Assembly (NCBI GenBank): GCA_963674685.2
Contig: CAXXWT010000005.1
Coordinates: 711,579 to 775,578, forward strand
Direction: 5' to 3'
Origin: a bacterium
GTDB lineage: Bacteria; Lernaellota; Lernaellaia; JACKCT01
DNA length: 64,000 nt
Part shown: piece after piece, positions 26,936 through 36,119 of the stretch
Layout: every line of letters starts with the position of its first letter
Position numbering within the stretch: position 1 is the stretch's first letter
Made by a program: the position numbers and the translations under genes
Notes under the pieces: model-generated
Database searches by the model: none
Seen by the model: only the letters and a program-made list of their open reading frames with translations
Told to the model about the DNA's origin: nothing

Positions 26936-28401
26936 CAATACTGTTCACTTAAAGCCCCCTTTCCACGATGCGGCATGTAGGGGAAGCCCGTGGTGGATCG
27001 AGATTTTCCCCTCGTCGTCGTATGGGATAGTTGCTCATCTTCACTTTGACGCCGCGTTTGTTTCTTCGCTCTCGGCTGGAGACCACGCGTTCTTCGAGAA
27101 TTTCTTCCAAGAGCCATCGATGGAATTTCTTTCTAAGCCGAGGGGGGAAAAGGATTTGTTTTTGGGATTTTTCGCCTCACGATGCGCACGGCGTGAACGA
27201 AGGAAAGTTTGTCCGCATCGAGATTGACGCTTTTGGCAGCCTGATGCATCAGATTGCGGATCATGAAGTGGGCCAGCATCAGGCCGAAAAATTCCTGTTT
27301 CACCAAGGCCGGGCTCTTGCTGCGCAACACGATCTTCGCCCCGCGCAGATGGGTTTTGAGTTCATCGAACGCCGTTTCGATCTCCCATCGTTCGTGGTAA
27401 AGCGCCGCCAGTTCCTCCGCCGGCGCGGCCTTCGCGTCAAGAATCGTCGTGATCAGGCGATAAATCGGCTCCGCGTCGGGCTGCCCTTCAAGCCGATACT
27501 CGATAACCCGAACCCGGATTCCGTCCTTGTTGTGTCGTTGCGCTTTTTCCGTCGGATAGATCGTGCTCAGATAGGATCCGTCGGACAGTTGTTTTTCCTT
27601 GCGCCGTACGTTGTTGATTTTGAGTCGCCAAAGCAGGTCCGCGCCGGTTTCGGCCGCCTGTTTCCACAAGGGATAACCGAAAAAATTCCGATCCGCCAGG
27701 CACAGCATCCCCTTTTGCAGATGTCCGACGACCTCTTGGGCCAACGTGATTTCCTGGACGCCGTAGGAACCCATACGCGAGTCGAACAACACGTGGGTGC
27801 CGTTCTCCACCAATGACACAAAACGGATTTTCGGATAACCGCTTTTGCCCCGAGACGCTTTCGGCCGACCGAAAGCCGCTTCGTTCTCATCGGTGTCCGC
27901 CACGTCCAGGGTGCTGCCGTCCAGGCTGACCGTTTTCCATTTTCGATACCACGCACCCGGTGTTTTTCGCGAAGCCAAAGGGCGCACCGAACGGTCGTGA
28001 AGCAAGCGAATCGGCTCGACGCCCAACCGCGTTCGAGCCTGGGATATCCCCGACTTGCCTGCGGTGCGCACCGGCTTCCCCAAAGATGGAAACCACTTGA
28101 TCCCCTCTTGCAAACAACGCAAAACCTCACCGTAGGAAACCTGCATGTACAACGACATGGCGATCACGTAATAGACCATCAAATCCGCCGGCAAATCACG
28201 CTCGCGAACACTGGCTTTACCGCTCTCGTACAAAATCGCCTGTACCTGCTCAAGAGGAAAGGTCATGCCGAGAACCCCAAGACTGATATGATCCGTGACA
28301 CGCATCCCTGGCGGAAGTTCTGCTACTGTTCTTGCCATAGTCGTATCCTCCTTCAATCGAAAGAAGAATACCAGAAAAATTTACTTAAGTGAACAGTATT
28401 G
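26936..28401 (-). mobile_element. IS4-family insertion sequence (1466 bp) with 17-bp perfect terminal inverted repeats and a 10-bp target-site duplication
   Basis: IRs are CAATACTGTTCACTTAA (26936-26952) and TTAAGTGAACAGTATTG (28385-28401). The direct repeat CTGCTAGCCC flanks both ends (26926-26935 and 28402-28411). Confidence 0.9.
27133..28338 (-). CDS. IS4-family DDE transposase
   Basis: ATG at 28338 preceded by GGAGGA. The N-terminal region 'DHISLGVLGMTFPLEQVQAIL..GKASVRERDLPADLMVYYVIAMSLY' resembles the IS4 N-terminal domain. 'YHERWEIETAFDELK' is the Y-x2-R-x3-E-x6-K signature. Confidence 0.85.
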   Translation of the reverse strand: MARTVAELPPGMRVTDHISLGVLGMTFPLEQVQAILYESGKASVRERDLPADLMVYYVIAMSLYMQVSYGEVLRCLQEGIKWFPSLGKPVRTAGKSGISQARTRLGVEPIRLLHDRSVRPLASRKTPGAWYRKWKTVSLDGSTLDVADTDENEAAFGRPKASRGKSGYPKIRFVSLVENGTHVLFDSRMGSYGVQEITLAQEVVGHLQKGMLCLADRNFFGYPLWKQAAETGADLLWRLKINNVRRKEKQLSDGSYLSTIYPTEKAQRHNKDGIRVRVIEYRLEGQPDAEPIYRLITTILDAKAAPAEELAALYHERWEIETAFDELKTHLRGAKIVLRSKSPALVKQEFFGLMLAHFMIRNLMHQAAKSVNLDADKLSFVHAVRIVRRKIPKTNPFPPSA

Positions 28402-28445
28402 CTGCTAGCCCGCATTTCTCCTTCTACCTTAAGATCCGGCTCAGA

Positions 28446-29255
28446 CTACTCGCCTTGAATTTGCCACGCGGGTTTGTTTTTTGCGTAGGAAACATCTATG
28501 TGAGGCGCTTCGAGAAAACGATACACGATCCTGAAAACCTTGCATGACATCAGAAATTGAGAATGGGACAGGCCGGGAATGAACACATTTTCCGCGTCGG
28601 CGTGCGCCATGCTCTCGTGCGGGATGACGTAGATATCGCGATCCGAAGCCACGGTCATGAACCGGATGTGCTTCGGAAATGTTTTCGCGCTTAGATCGCG
28701 CATGAACTCGCTGTCAGGGCGCATCGCGAGAGTCTTGTCCGTGTTGGCGTACTGCGCGGCGTACGTGCCCTGATTCGGCGTCGCCAGCGTGATCAAGGTT
28801 TGCACGTGCTGCGCCAGATCCAGATTGACGATGGCGTACCGTGATATCAGGCCGCCCAGGGAATGGCTTACGATTTCCACGCGCCCTTCACCGGTGGCCC
28901 GCATGACCTCCCGGACGAACTCGGCAAATTCGACGGCGATATTCTCAACTTTCCCCGCCTCGTAACCGAACGCGTAGATCCTGCGCCTTCCGTTCATGCG
29001 TAAGTAAAGGCGCAGCGGCGTCCACGCGCCGCGGTTTCCTCCCAGGCCGTGCACGAGAATCAGCGGCGGGCAGCCGTCCGGCGGCTTGCTTGCGATTTGC
29101 TCCCGCTTTGGAATCGCCAGCGTGTATGCCAGCGTGGACACTACGGCGAACTCGCGCCAGACATCGGGATTCACAGATTGGGCGCCCTTTTTCACCTCGG
29201 CGCCGATTTTGCGGCCCGCAGCCTTGGCCAATCGCAGGAAATCTACAGCTTGCAT
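28446..29255 (-). CDS. Alpha/beta-hydrolase, lipase/esterase-like
   Basis: 'PLILVHGLGGNRGAW' (oxyanion region) and 'IVSHSLGGLISRY' (GxSxG nucleophile elbow). Confidence 0.65.
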   Translation of the reverse strand: MQAVDFLRLAKAAGRKIGAEVKKGAQSVNPDVWREFAVVSTLAYTLAIPKREQIASKPPDGCPPLILVHGLGGNRGAWTPLRLYLRMNGRRRIYAFGYEAGKVENIAVEFAEFVREVMRATGEGRVEIVSHSLGGLISRYAIVNLDLAQHVQTLITLATPNQGTYAAQYANTDKTLAMRPDSEFMRDLSAKTFPKHIRFMTVASDRDIYVIPHESMAHADAENVFIPGLSHSQFLMSCKVFRIVYRFLEAPHIDVSYAKNKPAWQIQGE

Positions 29256-29683
29256 TTACACTCCCCGCATATGACGAAAGTTTTCTGACCCGGCGCGCCG
29301 ACGCTCACAAAAGCATCCGAATCTTTTTCAAGCGAACGTCCGCAACGGCTGCACGGCAACTGACGGTTCGGCGTCATGGGCTGCCAACCGATGACCGCGG
29401 CAAGCTCCTGCTCATCGGCTTTGGAGCCAAGCGCTTCGACGATGTCCAGGCTGCCGTCTACGATGTTTTCCACCATGCGCAGCGAATCTTCCAGAATATT
29501 GCGCACCAGGTTGGATACGGGAACGCGCAGTCGCCGGGCCTGCGCCGCCAGATCGTTGTAAAGAGACTTGGGCACGCGCGTTTGCAGAACCTTGTCCTTC
29601 GGCTCTGGCGCGCCGCGGCCGGTCTTCATGTCGATGACATCGGCGTTTTTGGTTTTTTCGGTTTTCGTGTTTTGGCGTATCAT
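29243..29683 (-). CDS. Ribbon-helix-helix-like DNA-binding protein with C-terminal CxxC...CxxC zinc ribbon
   Basis: 'VLQTRVPKSLYNDLAAQARRLRVPVSNLVRNILEDSL' has an RHH-like pattern. The C-terminus has CSRCG...CGECKC. The stop overlaps the lipase start by 13 nt. I prefer ATG 29683 (MIRQN) because the track start at 29701 would bury the upstream palindrome inside the CDS. Confidence 0.5.
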   Translation of the reverse strand: MIRQNTKTEKTKNADVIDMKTGRGAPEPKDKVLQTRVPKSLYNDLAAQARRLRVPVSNLVRNILEDSLRMVENIVDGSLDIVEALGSKADEQELAAVIGWQPMTPNRQLPCSRCGRSLEKDSDAFVSVGAPGQKTFVICGECKCKL

Positions 29684-29689
29684 GGGCGT

Positions 29690-29712
29690 ATTGTAATACA
29701 AACGATTACAAT
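29690..29712. promoter_or_regulatory. Perfect palindrome ATTGTAAT-N7-ATTACAAT in a divergent promoter region
   Basis: ATTGTAAT at 29690-29697 and ATTACAAT at 29705-29712. It lies between the RHH gene (minus strand) and fur (plus strand). Candidate operator. Confidence 0.4.
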
Positions 29713-29788
29713 GTCAATTATTTTTTACGCTCTTGACATGAGATTCGTTCCTGTCTATATTGCAAATGATTTTCGATAAGGAACCGCC

Positions 29789-30250
29789 ATGACGGCTCTT
29801 GACCAATTCAAAAATTTTGTCGCCAGCTCCAAACTGCGCATGACCCGCGAGCGTGAATTGGTGATTCAAAGCATCGCAATGCATGAAGGCCACTTCACGG
29901 TTTCGGGGATCGTGCGCAAGCTTCAATCCGAAGGATCGGCCGTGGCGCCGTCCACGGTCTATCGCATCATCCCGCACCTTATGGAAGCCGGTCTCATCCG
30001 AAAAGCGCCGCAAGCTGACGCTGACGGCGAACAGGCTTACGAACTCATTCATCGCCGCGAACATCACGATCACCTTATTTGCGATCGCTGCGGCGAAGTC
30101 ATCGAGTTCGTCGAAGAATCCATCGAGCGCGCGCAGGAAAAGGTGGCGGCGAAATATGGATACAAACTAAAGAAGCATAATCTGGAACTGCACGGCGTGT
30201 GCCGGGCGTGCCAGGAGAAAATCATCGAAAAGGCGGTGCGGGCATGGTGA
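29789..30250 (+). CDS. fur: Fur family transcriptional regulator
   Basis: Winged-helix N-terminus, 'HHDHLICDRCGEVIEF' and 'LHGVCRAC' metal-site motifs, about 150 aa. Confidence 0.85.
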   Translation: MTALDQFKNFVASSKLRMTRERELVIQSIAMHEGHFTVSGIVRKLQSEGSAVAPSTVYRIIPHLMEAGLIRKAPQADADGEQAYELIHRREHHDHLICDRCGEVIEFVEESIERAQEKVAAKYGYKLKKHNLELHGVCRACQEKIIEKAVRAW

Positions 30251-30468
30251 ATAACTCTTCGCATCAATGCTCCTGTAGCCGCCGGGGCGGCCGCCGCTCG
30301 CGGGATTTGCGCTGTCACTGCGGCAAATTGCTGGCGAAATTGAGCCCCGACGGCATCGTGATTCGCTGCCCGCGTTGCAAGCGGGAGATGGTTGTCAGCA
30401 TGGCGGATTTGATCGTCAATCTGGACAAGGGCTGGTCGGAGGTGTCCTTCATAGAAAAAACCGCCTGA
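30244..30468 (+). CDS. Com-like zinc-ribbon protein
   Basis: The ATG at 30244 overlaps the fur stop (ATGGTGA). 'LRCHCGKLLAKLSPDGIVIRCPRCKREMVV' has the CxC...CPRC spacing of Mu Com-type Zn ribbons. Confidence 0.5.
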   Translation: MVNNSSHQCSCSRRGGRRSRDLRCHCGKLLAKLSPDGIVIRCPRCKREMVVSMADLIVNLDKGWSEVSFIEKTA

Positions 30469-30517
30469 AAAAATACGTAACTCATTTTAACGAGGCCTGA
30501 GATCGTCAAAGAATCCT

Positions 30518-30561
30518 GAGCCCGATTGACCGGGAGAAATCCCGGCGGTCGGGCTCTTTTT
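30518..30561 (+). terminator. Rho-independent terminator
   Basis: gagcccga (30518-30525) pairs with tcgggctc (30549-30556). An inner ccggga/tcccgg stem is present, followed by TTTTT. Confidence 0.7.
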
Positions 30562-30574
30562 ATTGGGGATAATT

Positions 30575-31267
30575 ATGGAAGAAACAATGCAGCTTTTCAC
30601 CGAATACCTTGCCAAACGGGGCATTCACCTTAGCAACGTCCATAAAAAAATATGCGTGGCCGCCTTCGACATGCACGACCACTTCACCCTGGAGGATCTG
30701 TGCGCGCGCTTTCAGGACATCTGCGCGGCGCAGGTGGAAGCCGTGCTTTCCCAACTCGTCTGCTCAGGCCTCGTGCGCAAGGTCATTTTCCGCGAGGACA
30801 ACATCGTTTACGAGCACGTTTACGGGCACATCCACCACGATCACCTGGTCTGCCTGGGATGTGGAAAGATCGAGGAATTCACGCACCCGGACATCGAGAT
30901 CAATCAGGCCGACGTGGCGAAGGAATATGGATTCAAGATGCTGCGCCACAGTCTTCGCATCGAAGGCCTGTGTTCGGTTTGCCGGAAAAAATCCCGCGCC
31001 ACGGACGTCGCGCCGCCGCCGAAGATGCTTCACCGCGCGGAAATCCCCTTGAGCATGATCGGAAACGGGGAGCGGGTCCGCGTCGCCCTGATTCGCGGCG
31101 GCCGGGAAATCAAACAGCGTCTTTTTTCGATGGGACTTTGCGAAGGCGACGACGTGGAGATTTTAAAAAACACCTTCGCCGGTCCCCTCACCATCCGCGT
31201 CAAAGACTGCCGCATCGCCGTCGGCCACGGCATTGCGCACAAAATTTTCGTCAAAAGAAATTCTTAA
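30575..31267 (+). CDS. Fur-family regulator fused to a C-terminal FeoA (SH3-like) domain
   Basis: The N-terminal half has 'HHDHLVCLGCGKIEEF...IEGLCSVC' (Fur). The C-terminal half has 'IGNGERVRVALIRGGREIKQRLFSMGLCEGDDVEILKNTFAGPLTIRVKDCRIAVGHGIAHKIFV' (FeoA pattern). Confidence 0.75.
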   Translation: MEETMQLFTEYLAKRGIHLSNVHKKICVAAFDMHDHFTLEDLCARFQDICAAQVEAVLSQLVCSGLVRKVIFREDNIVYEHVYGHIHHDHLVCLGCGKIEEFTHPDIEINQADVAKEYGFKMLRHSLRIEGLCSVCRKKSRATDVAPPPKMLHRAEIPLSMIGNGERVRVALIRGGREIKQRLFSMGLCEGDDVEILKNTFAGPLTIRVKDCRIAVGHGIAHKIFVKRNS

Positions 31268-31296
31268 AAAATGTTTTCGTGAAAGGAGAATCATTC

Positions 31297-31533
31297 ATGA
31301 CCACGCTCAACGAACTCAAACCCGGCGAACGGGCCATCGTGCTCAAAATCGCTGGAGGCGGCGAATCGAGACGCCGTCTCATGGACATGGGAGTGGGCAA
31401 AGGCGTCCCGATAAAAGTGGACAAAACAGCCCCTCTCGGCGATCCCATCGACATTACGATCAAGGGTTATCACCTCTCGCTGCGCAAGGAGGACGCGAAA
31501 AACATCCTGGTCAGGGAGGTGAAAAATGGCTGA
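31297..31533 (+). CDS. feoA: Ferrous iron transport protein A
   Basis: 78 aa, AAGGAGA RBS. '[35 protein letters not shown]...[25 protein letters not shown]'. It appears only as the tail of the spurious track ORF 30652-31533. Confidence 0.85.
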   Translation: MTTLNELKPGERAIVLKIAGGGESRRRLMDMGVGKGVPIKVDKTAPLGDPIDITIKGYHLSLRKEDAKNILVREVKNG

Positions 31534-33901
31534 AAATTTCACCATCGCACTGGCGGGCAACCCCAACAGCGGCAAGACCACGATTTTCAACAACCTGGTC
31601 GGCGCCAAAGAACACGTGGGCAACTGGCCCGGCGTCACGGTCGAGAAAAAATCCGGAACGATCCGCCGTGACGACGCTCAAATCGAGGTCGTCGACCTGC
31701 CCGGCGCATATTCCCTGACGGCTTTTTCCATGGAGGAAATCATCGCCAGAGATTTCATCGTCGAGGAAAGGCCGGACGTGGTCGTGAACATCGTGGACGC
31801 CTCCAATCTCGAACGCAATCTCTACCTCACCGTCCAACTTCGCGAACTGGGCGCGAAGGTCGTCATCGCCCTCAACATGTCCGATATCGCCGAGAAGAGG
31901 GGCGTCAAGATCAACGCGGAGCGCCTGGAAAAATTGCTCGGCGCGGCGGTCGTTCCCACCGTCGGCAACAAAAACCGGGGAATGGACTCTTTAATGAAAG
32001 TCGCCCTGGAAGTGGGGCGCGGACAAAAAACTCTTTGCGAAGCGCCGCTGCGCTACGGCAGGGAACTCGAAGAACACTTATCGGAACTGGAGAAATTCCT
32101 GGAAGGCGAAAAGGAGATCGTCGATAAGTACGGCGCGAAATGGCTTCTCATCAAAGCCCTGGAGCGAGACGATATCATCCTGAAAAAGCTGGGCGCCCTG
32201 CCCGTCTGGCCCGGATTGAGCAAAGCTCTCGATCAGGTGGAAGGGCATCTTCGCGACGTGTACGACGACGAGGCGGATTCGATCATCGCCGACGCCCGTT
32301 ACGGCTTCATCGCCGGGGCGATTAAAGACGCCGTGCGCCGACCGAGCGAATCGCGCCTGACCATGTCCGACAAAATTGACAAAATCGTCACCAACCGCTT
32401 TTTAGGCATCCCCATCTTCATGGCGGCGTTATGGCTGGTCTTCAAACTGACGTTTCAGATCGGCGAAATCCCCATGGGCTGGCTGGAAGCCTTGTTCGAA
32501 GGGATCAGCGGCCTTTTCGATCCCATGGCCGACGGCGCGCTCAAAAGCCTGATCGTCGACGGCGTCATCGGCGGCGTGGGCAGCGTGCTGGGATTCTTCC
32601 CGCTGATCCTCATGCTTTTCATCGCCATCGCGATCCTCGAAGACTCGGGATACATGGCCAGAGCCGCCTTCATCATGGACCGGATCATGAACAAGGTCGG
32701 GCTTCACGGAAAAAGTTTTCTGCCCATGGTCATCGGATTCGGCTGCACCGTGCCCGCCATTTACGCCACGCGCACGCTGGAAAACAAAAAAGACCGATTG
32801 ATCACATTGCTCGTCGCTCCGCTCATGAGTTGCGGCGCGCGCCTTCCCGTTTACGTTCTTTTAATCGGCGCGTTCTTTGCGTCGCGACCCGACTCTTTCC
32901 AGGCCAATTTACTGACCGGCATATACGTCCTGGGAATCGTGCTGGCGATTGTCATGGCCAAGGTGTTTCGCAAAACCCTTCTTCCCGGCGTGGGAGCGCC
33001 TTTCGTCATGGAGCTTCCGCCATACCGGATGCCCACGCTCAAAGGCGTCTTGCTTCACACCTGGGAACGGGGCTGGCTTTACTTGAAAAAAGCCGGCGGC
33101 GTCATCCTGGCGGTCTCCGTCATCTTATGGGCGCTGATGAGTTTTCCCAAAGCCGACAATGCAGTGTTCGAATCCAAGCTTGGGGAAGTTGAGAAAGTCC
33201 ACGCGCAAAGACTCAAAGCGTCCGGCGTCGACGCCGAAGCTGAAACGCTCCTTTACACGCAAACCGTCGCGGATCTGGAAAACGCCATGGGGTCACGCGA
33301 TCTTGAAGCCAGCCTCGCCGGCTCCATCGGCCGCGTGATGGAGCCTTTCATCCGTCCCCTGGGATACGACTGGCGCGTGGGCATCAGCCTTCTCGCCGGT
33401 TTCGCCGCCAAGGAAGTCGTCGTCGGCGCCATGGGAACCATTTACAGCATCGGCTCCGAAGAAGACGAGGAGTCTTTGCCTCTGCGGGAGAAAATTGGCA
33501 AGGATCCGAAGTACAGTCCCGCCATGGCCCTATCTCTCATGGTTTTCACGCTGATTTATCTGCCGTGCATGGTCGCCATGGCGGTTTGGCACAAGGAGGC
33601 CGGAAGCCGGTGGAAATGGACGATTTTTCTGATCGTCTACACGACGGTCCTGGCCTGGGTCATGGCTTTCGGAACGTATAACATCGCTCCCGCCTTCGGC
33701 GTCGAGAAAGCCTCGGAAGAAGCGGCGGCGGAAAACGAGGAACCCTGGGTCGAATATCTAAAAGTCCCGGAAGTCGACGACGCCCTTAAAGCCAAGCCGA
33801 CGCAACAGGACACAGGGGAAAACACCGCGTTGACAAAAGACCCGCAATCCGTCGCCGGCGTGGATATTGAGACATCGCCGAACATCAACTCAAACCAATA
33901 A
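31526..33901 (+). CDS. feoB: Ferrous iron transporter B
   Basis: N-terminal G-domain '[20 protein letters not shown]...VTVEKK...[10 protein letters not shown]'. Polytopic membrane domain. 8-nt overlap with feoA. Confidence 0.95.
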   Translation: MAENFTIALAGNPNSGKTTIFNNLVGAKEHVGNWPGVTVEKKSGTIRRDDAQIEVVDLPGAYSLTAFSMEEIIARDFIVEERPDVVVNIVDASNLERNLYLTVQLRELGAKVVIALNMSDIAEKRGVKINAERLEKLLGAAVVPTVGNKNRGMDSLMKVALEVGRGQKTLCEAPLRYGRELEEHLSELEKFLEGEKEIVDKYGAKWLLIKALERDDIILKKLGALPVWPGLSKALDQVEGHLRDVYDDEADSIIADARYGFIAGAIKDAVRRPSESRLTMSDKIDKIVTNRFLGIPIFMAALWLVFKLTFQIGEIPMGWLEALFEGISGLFDPMADGALKSLIVDGVIGGVGSVLGFFPLILMLFIAIAILEDSGYMARAAFIMDRIMNKVGLHGKSFLPMVIGFGCTVPAIYATRTLENKKDRLITLLVAPLMSCGARLPVYVLLIGAFFASRPDSFQANLLTGIYVLGIVLAIVMAKVFRKTLLPGVGAPFVMELPPYRMPTLKGVLLHTWERGWLYLKKAGGVILAVSVILWALMSFPKADNAVFESKLGEVEKVHAQRLKASGVDAEAETLLYTQTVADLENAMGSRDLEASLAGSIGRVMEPFIRPLGYDWRVGISLLAGFAAKEVVVGAMGTIYSIGSEEDEESLPLREKIGKDPKYSPAMALSLMVFTLIYLPCMVAMAVWHKEAGSRWKWTIFLIVYTTVLAWVMAFGTYNIAPAFGVEKASEEAAAENEEPWVEYLKVPEVDDALKAKPTQQDTGENTALTKDPQSVAGVDIETSPNINSNQ

Positions 33902-33915
33902 TTCAGGAGAAAACC

Positions 33916-34095
33916 ATGACGGAGATTGTCATCGTCACACTCATCATCGGAGTCGCCGCCGGCTGGCTGGCCCATCGGATCATACAATCCACGCAATGCA
34001 AAGATTCCCCCTGCGGCGCGTGCGGATGCGCCTGCATGAAAAACGCGATCGCCGATCCGCCGGAAGGAAAACATCAAGTTACGCGCATCGATTGA
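33916..34095 (+). CDS. FeoB-associated Cys-rich small membrane protein (59 aa, absent from the ORF track)
   Basis: AGGAGA RBS at 33905-33910. The translation is MTEIVIVTLIIGVAAGWLAHRIIQSTQCKDSPCGACGCACMKNAIADPPEGKHQVTRID*: one TM helix followed by a Cys cluster, 14 nt after the feoB stop. Confidence 0.7.
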   Translation: MTEIVIVTLIIGVAAGWLAHRIIQSTQCKDSPCGACGCACMKNAIADPPEGKHQVTRID

Positions 34096-34156
34096 TTTAA
34101 TCGTTGCCCGAAAAAAACAGATCAAATGGAAGACAAAAACATCAAGGAGCAAACCA

Positions 34157-35290
34157 ATGACCAAAATCAAAGCAATTTTCACCATGCTGGCCGTATTTAT
34201 CCTCGCCAACTTCGCCACGGCGCAGGCGGAGGATAACGCGAACTGGTACGATACTCTCACTATGGAAGGCATGATCGACGCCAGGGCCGTGTACAAGGCT
34301 TTCGACGTAGACGCCGAAGACGTGGATAAACTCAACACCAGCGATATTCAGGTGCGTTACGCGGGACTGGGCGCGGTTATCGAGCCATCGGATTTCGTCG
34401 AGGGATACATTCTTTTCCTGTTCGAGGAATTCTACGGCGGCCGCGAGGATGCGCCCTTCGCATATTTCGGCGACGGAAGCGAGAATTTCGACATGGACGA
34501 AGGATGGTTGAAGCTGCATTACCAGGGCGCGTATTTCCGCATGGGAAAAGGCTACCTTCCCTTCACGCACGAGTCGACCTTCGCCGTGAAGGACCCCATG
34601 ACCTGGTACTTCGGCGACTGCCGTCATTCCCTGCTCGAAATCGGATACGAGCACGACTACGGCGCGCTTTCATTCGGCGCGTTCAATGGCGACTTCGACA
34701 ACGCGGACGAAGACGGCAAGCCGGCGGACGATGCGATCGACGATTTCGTCCTTCACGCCCACGTGAATCCCCTGGCCGGCGTGGAAGGCTACGATCTGGA
34801 AATCGGCGGCGGATATTTAAGCGACATTACGGAAGCCGCCGTGGGAGCGGACTTCATCGATCCAAACAGCAACTACGAAACCAATGTGCCGGGCTACTCC
34901 GGTTATCTGCATTTCGAAGGGGAATTTTCCGACAACGTGGGACTCGGCGTCGAACTGGAATACGCGACATCGGGACGGTTCGACAAGGAAAACTATGTGG
35001 ACGCCTCAGGAGAGGAAACCGCCGTCAGCGTCGTCAACGCGGAAGTCCAGGTTCCTTTCGCGCATAAACACTGGATCGGCGCGAAGTACGAATCGATCTC
35101 GGGACTGGACTGGCTCAACACCGCGCAATACGACAAGAATTTCGAACCGACGGAGTTCTCCAGCTATAGCGGATTCGCCGGAACTGCCATCCTGGAGCCG
35201 GTTACGCTGGCTTTCCAGTTCACCAGCGGCGTGGACGACGAATCCAACACGCTCACGGAAGTGACATTCCAAACACTGCTGGAGTTTTAG
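34157..35290 (+). CDS. Outer-membrane beta-barrel, porin-like protein
   Basis: AAGGAG RBS. Signal peptide MTKIKAIFTMLAVFILANFATAQA. Alternating beta-strand pattern rich in aromatic residues and Gly. C-terminal ...TLLEF (terminal Phe). Confidence 0.6.
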   Translation: MTKIKAIFTMLAVFILANFATAQAEDNANWYDTLTMEGMIDARAVYKAFDVDAEDVDKLNTSDIQVRYAGLGAVIEPSDFVEGYILFLFEEFYGGREDAPFAYFGDGSENFDMDEGWLKLHYQGAYFRMGKGYLPFTHESTFAVKDPMTWYFGDCRHSLLEIGYEHDYGALSFGAFNGDFDNADEDGKPADDAIDDFVLHAHVNPLAGVEGYDLEIGGGYLSDITEAAVGADFIDPNSNYETNVPGYSGYLHFEGEFSDNVGLGVELEYATSGRFDKENYVDASGEETAVSVVNAEVQVPFAHKHWIGAKYESISGLDWLNTAQYDKNFEPTEFSSYSGFAGTAILEPVTLAFQFTSGVDDESNTLTEVTFQTLLEF

Positions 35291-35372
35291 CCGCCTTAAG
35301 TGAATAGAAAACGCCGGGCGAAGCGGCTTTCGCGCAAGTCACTGCGTGAAGCTATTCTTCGCCCGGCTTTCT

Positions 35373-36119
35373 TTATCTTGCAAAAAGCTCTTTCAATAAC
35401 GCCTTGACCGCCCTTTCATCCCGGCGCATCTGATGCGCCACGCCGGGAAGCATAACGGCCTTCGCCCTGCCCCCCGACGCCTTCGCCAGAATTTCCAGAT
35501 GCTCCGGCGGCACGGTCTCATCCTCGCTTCCATGCAGGAGCGTGATTTCCTTCGCCTTGCAGTACGGCATGGCGTCTTTGGGAACGATCTTCAAAAAACC
35601 CGCCGCCCAGCTATCGGCGTCGCCGTCGTAACCGGCGCGAATCATTCCCGCCTTGCGATAGATTTCGAACCAATCCCCAGGATCGTCGTTGACGCCGAGA
35701 AACTCATAATCCGCCGGCGCGGCGAAAGTGATGAGGCGATGTATCCTTTCGTCGCGCTCCGCCGTTACAATTGATGTCGCGCCGCCGGCGGAGGAACCGA
35801 CCACGATATAATCGCTCCGCGGGCCGTAATGATCGTCCAGGCGGCCCAGCACGGCGATCAGGTCCAAAGGCCATTTATCGACTTCCAGGTTCCCGCCGGA
35901 CTCGCCGGTTCCCCGAAAGTTGAAAATGGCCACATCATAGCCCAGTGGGCAAATCCGCCTTGCGAGTCCCGCGTATCCCTCGTCATTCGGTTCCGGCGAC
36001 GCCATGTGCGGCGCGGGCAGGCCGTGCGCCAACACGACGCACCGGGCCGCATCAGCCTTTGCGAAGAAAAGCTTGCCTTTTATCTTCACATCATCTTTTG
36101 TCAACGCCTCGAATTCCAT
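35373..36119 (-). CDS. Alpha/beta-hydrolase (dienelactone-hydrolase/BAAT-like)
   Basis: 'CVVLAHGL', 'IVVGSSAGGATS' (G-x-S-x-G) and a C-terminal 'GVAHQM' histidine region. Confidence 0.6.
   Translation of the reverse strand: MEFEALTKDDVKIKGKLFFAKADAARCVVLAHGLPAPHMASPEPNDEGYAGLARRICPLGYDVAIFNFRGTGESGGNLEVDKWPLDLIAVLGRLDDHYGPRSDYIVVGSSAGGATSIVTAERDERIHRLITFAAPADYEFLGVNDDPGDWFEIYRKAGMIRAGYDGDADSWAAGFLKIVPKDAMPYCKAKEITLLHGSEDETVPPEHLEILAKASGGRAKAVMLPGVAHQMRRDERAVKALLKELFAR

Noticed and set aside
29750-31296. Fur boxes upstream of fur (gcaaatgattttcgataag, about 11/19 to the classical consensus), of the fusion gene (ggataattat) and of feoA (gagaatcattc)
   Set aside because: The matches are partial and short, and the Fur consensus for this lineage is unknown. 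They are not reported as features. A genome-wide motif search would be needed.
30652-31533. 293-aa Arg-rich ORF
   Set aside because: Only its last 78 codons (31297-31533, feoA, with its own RBS) are real. The upstream part overlaps the Fur-FeoA fusion gene in another frame.
35313-35367. Hairpin gccgggcgaag...cttcgcccggc after the porin gene as a terminator
   Set aside because: The 11-bp stem is perfect but the loop is about 33 nt and the T-tract is weak. It may still act as a bidirectional terminator, but I cannot support it as a feature.
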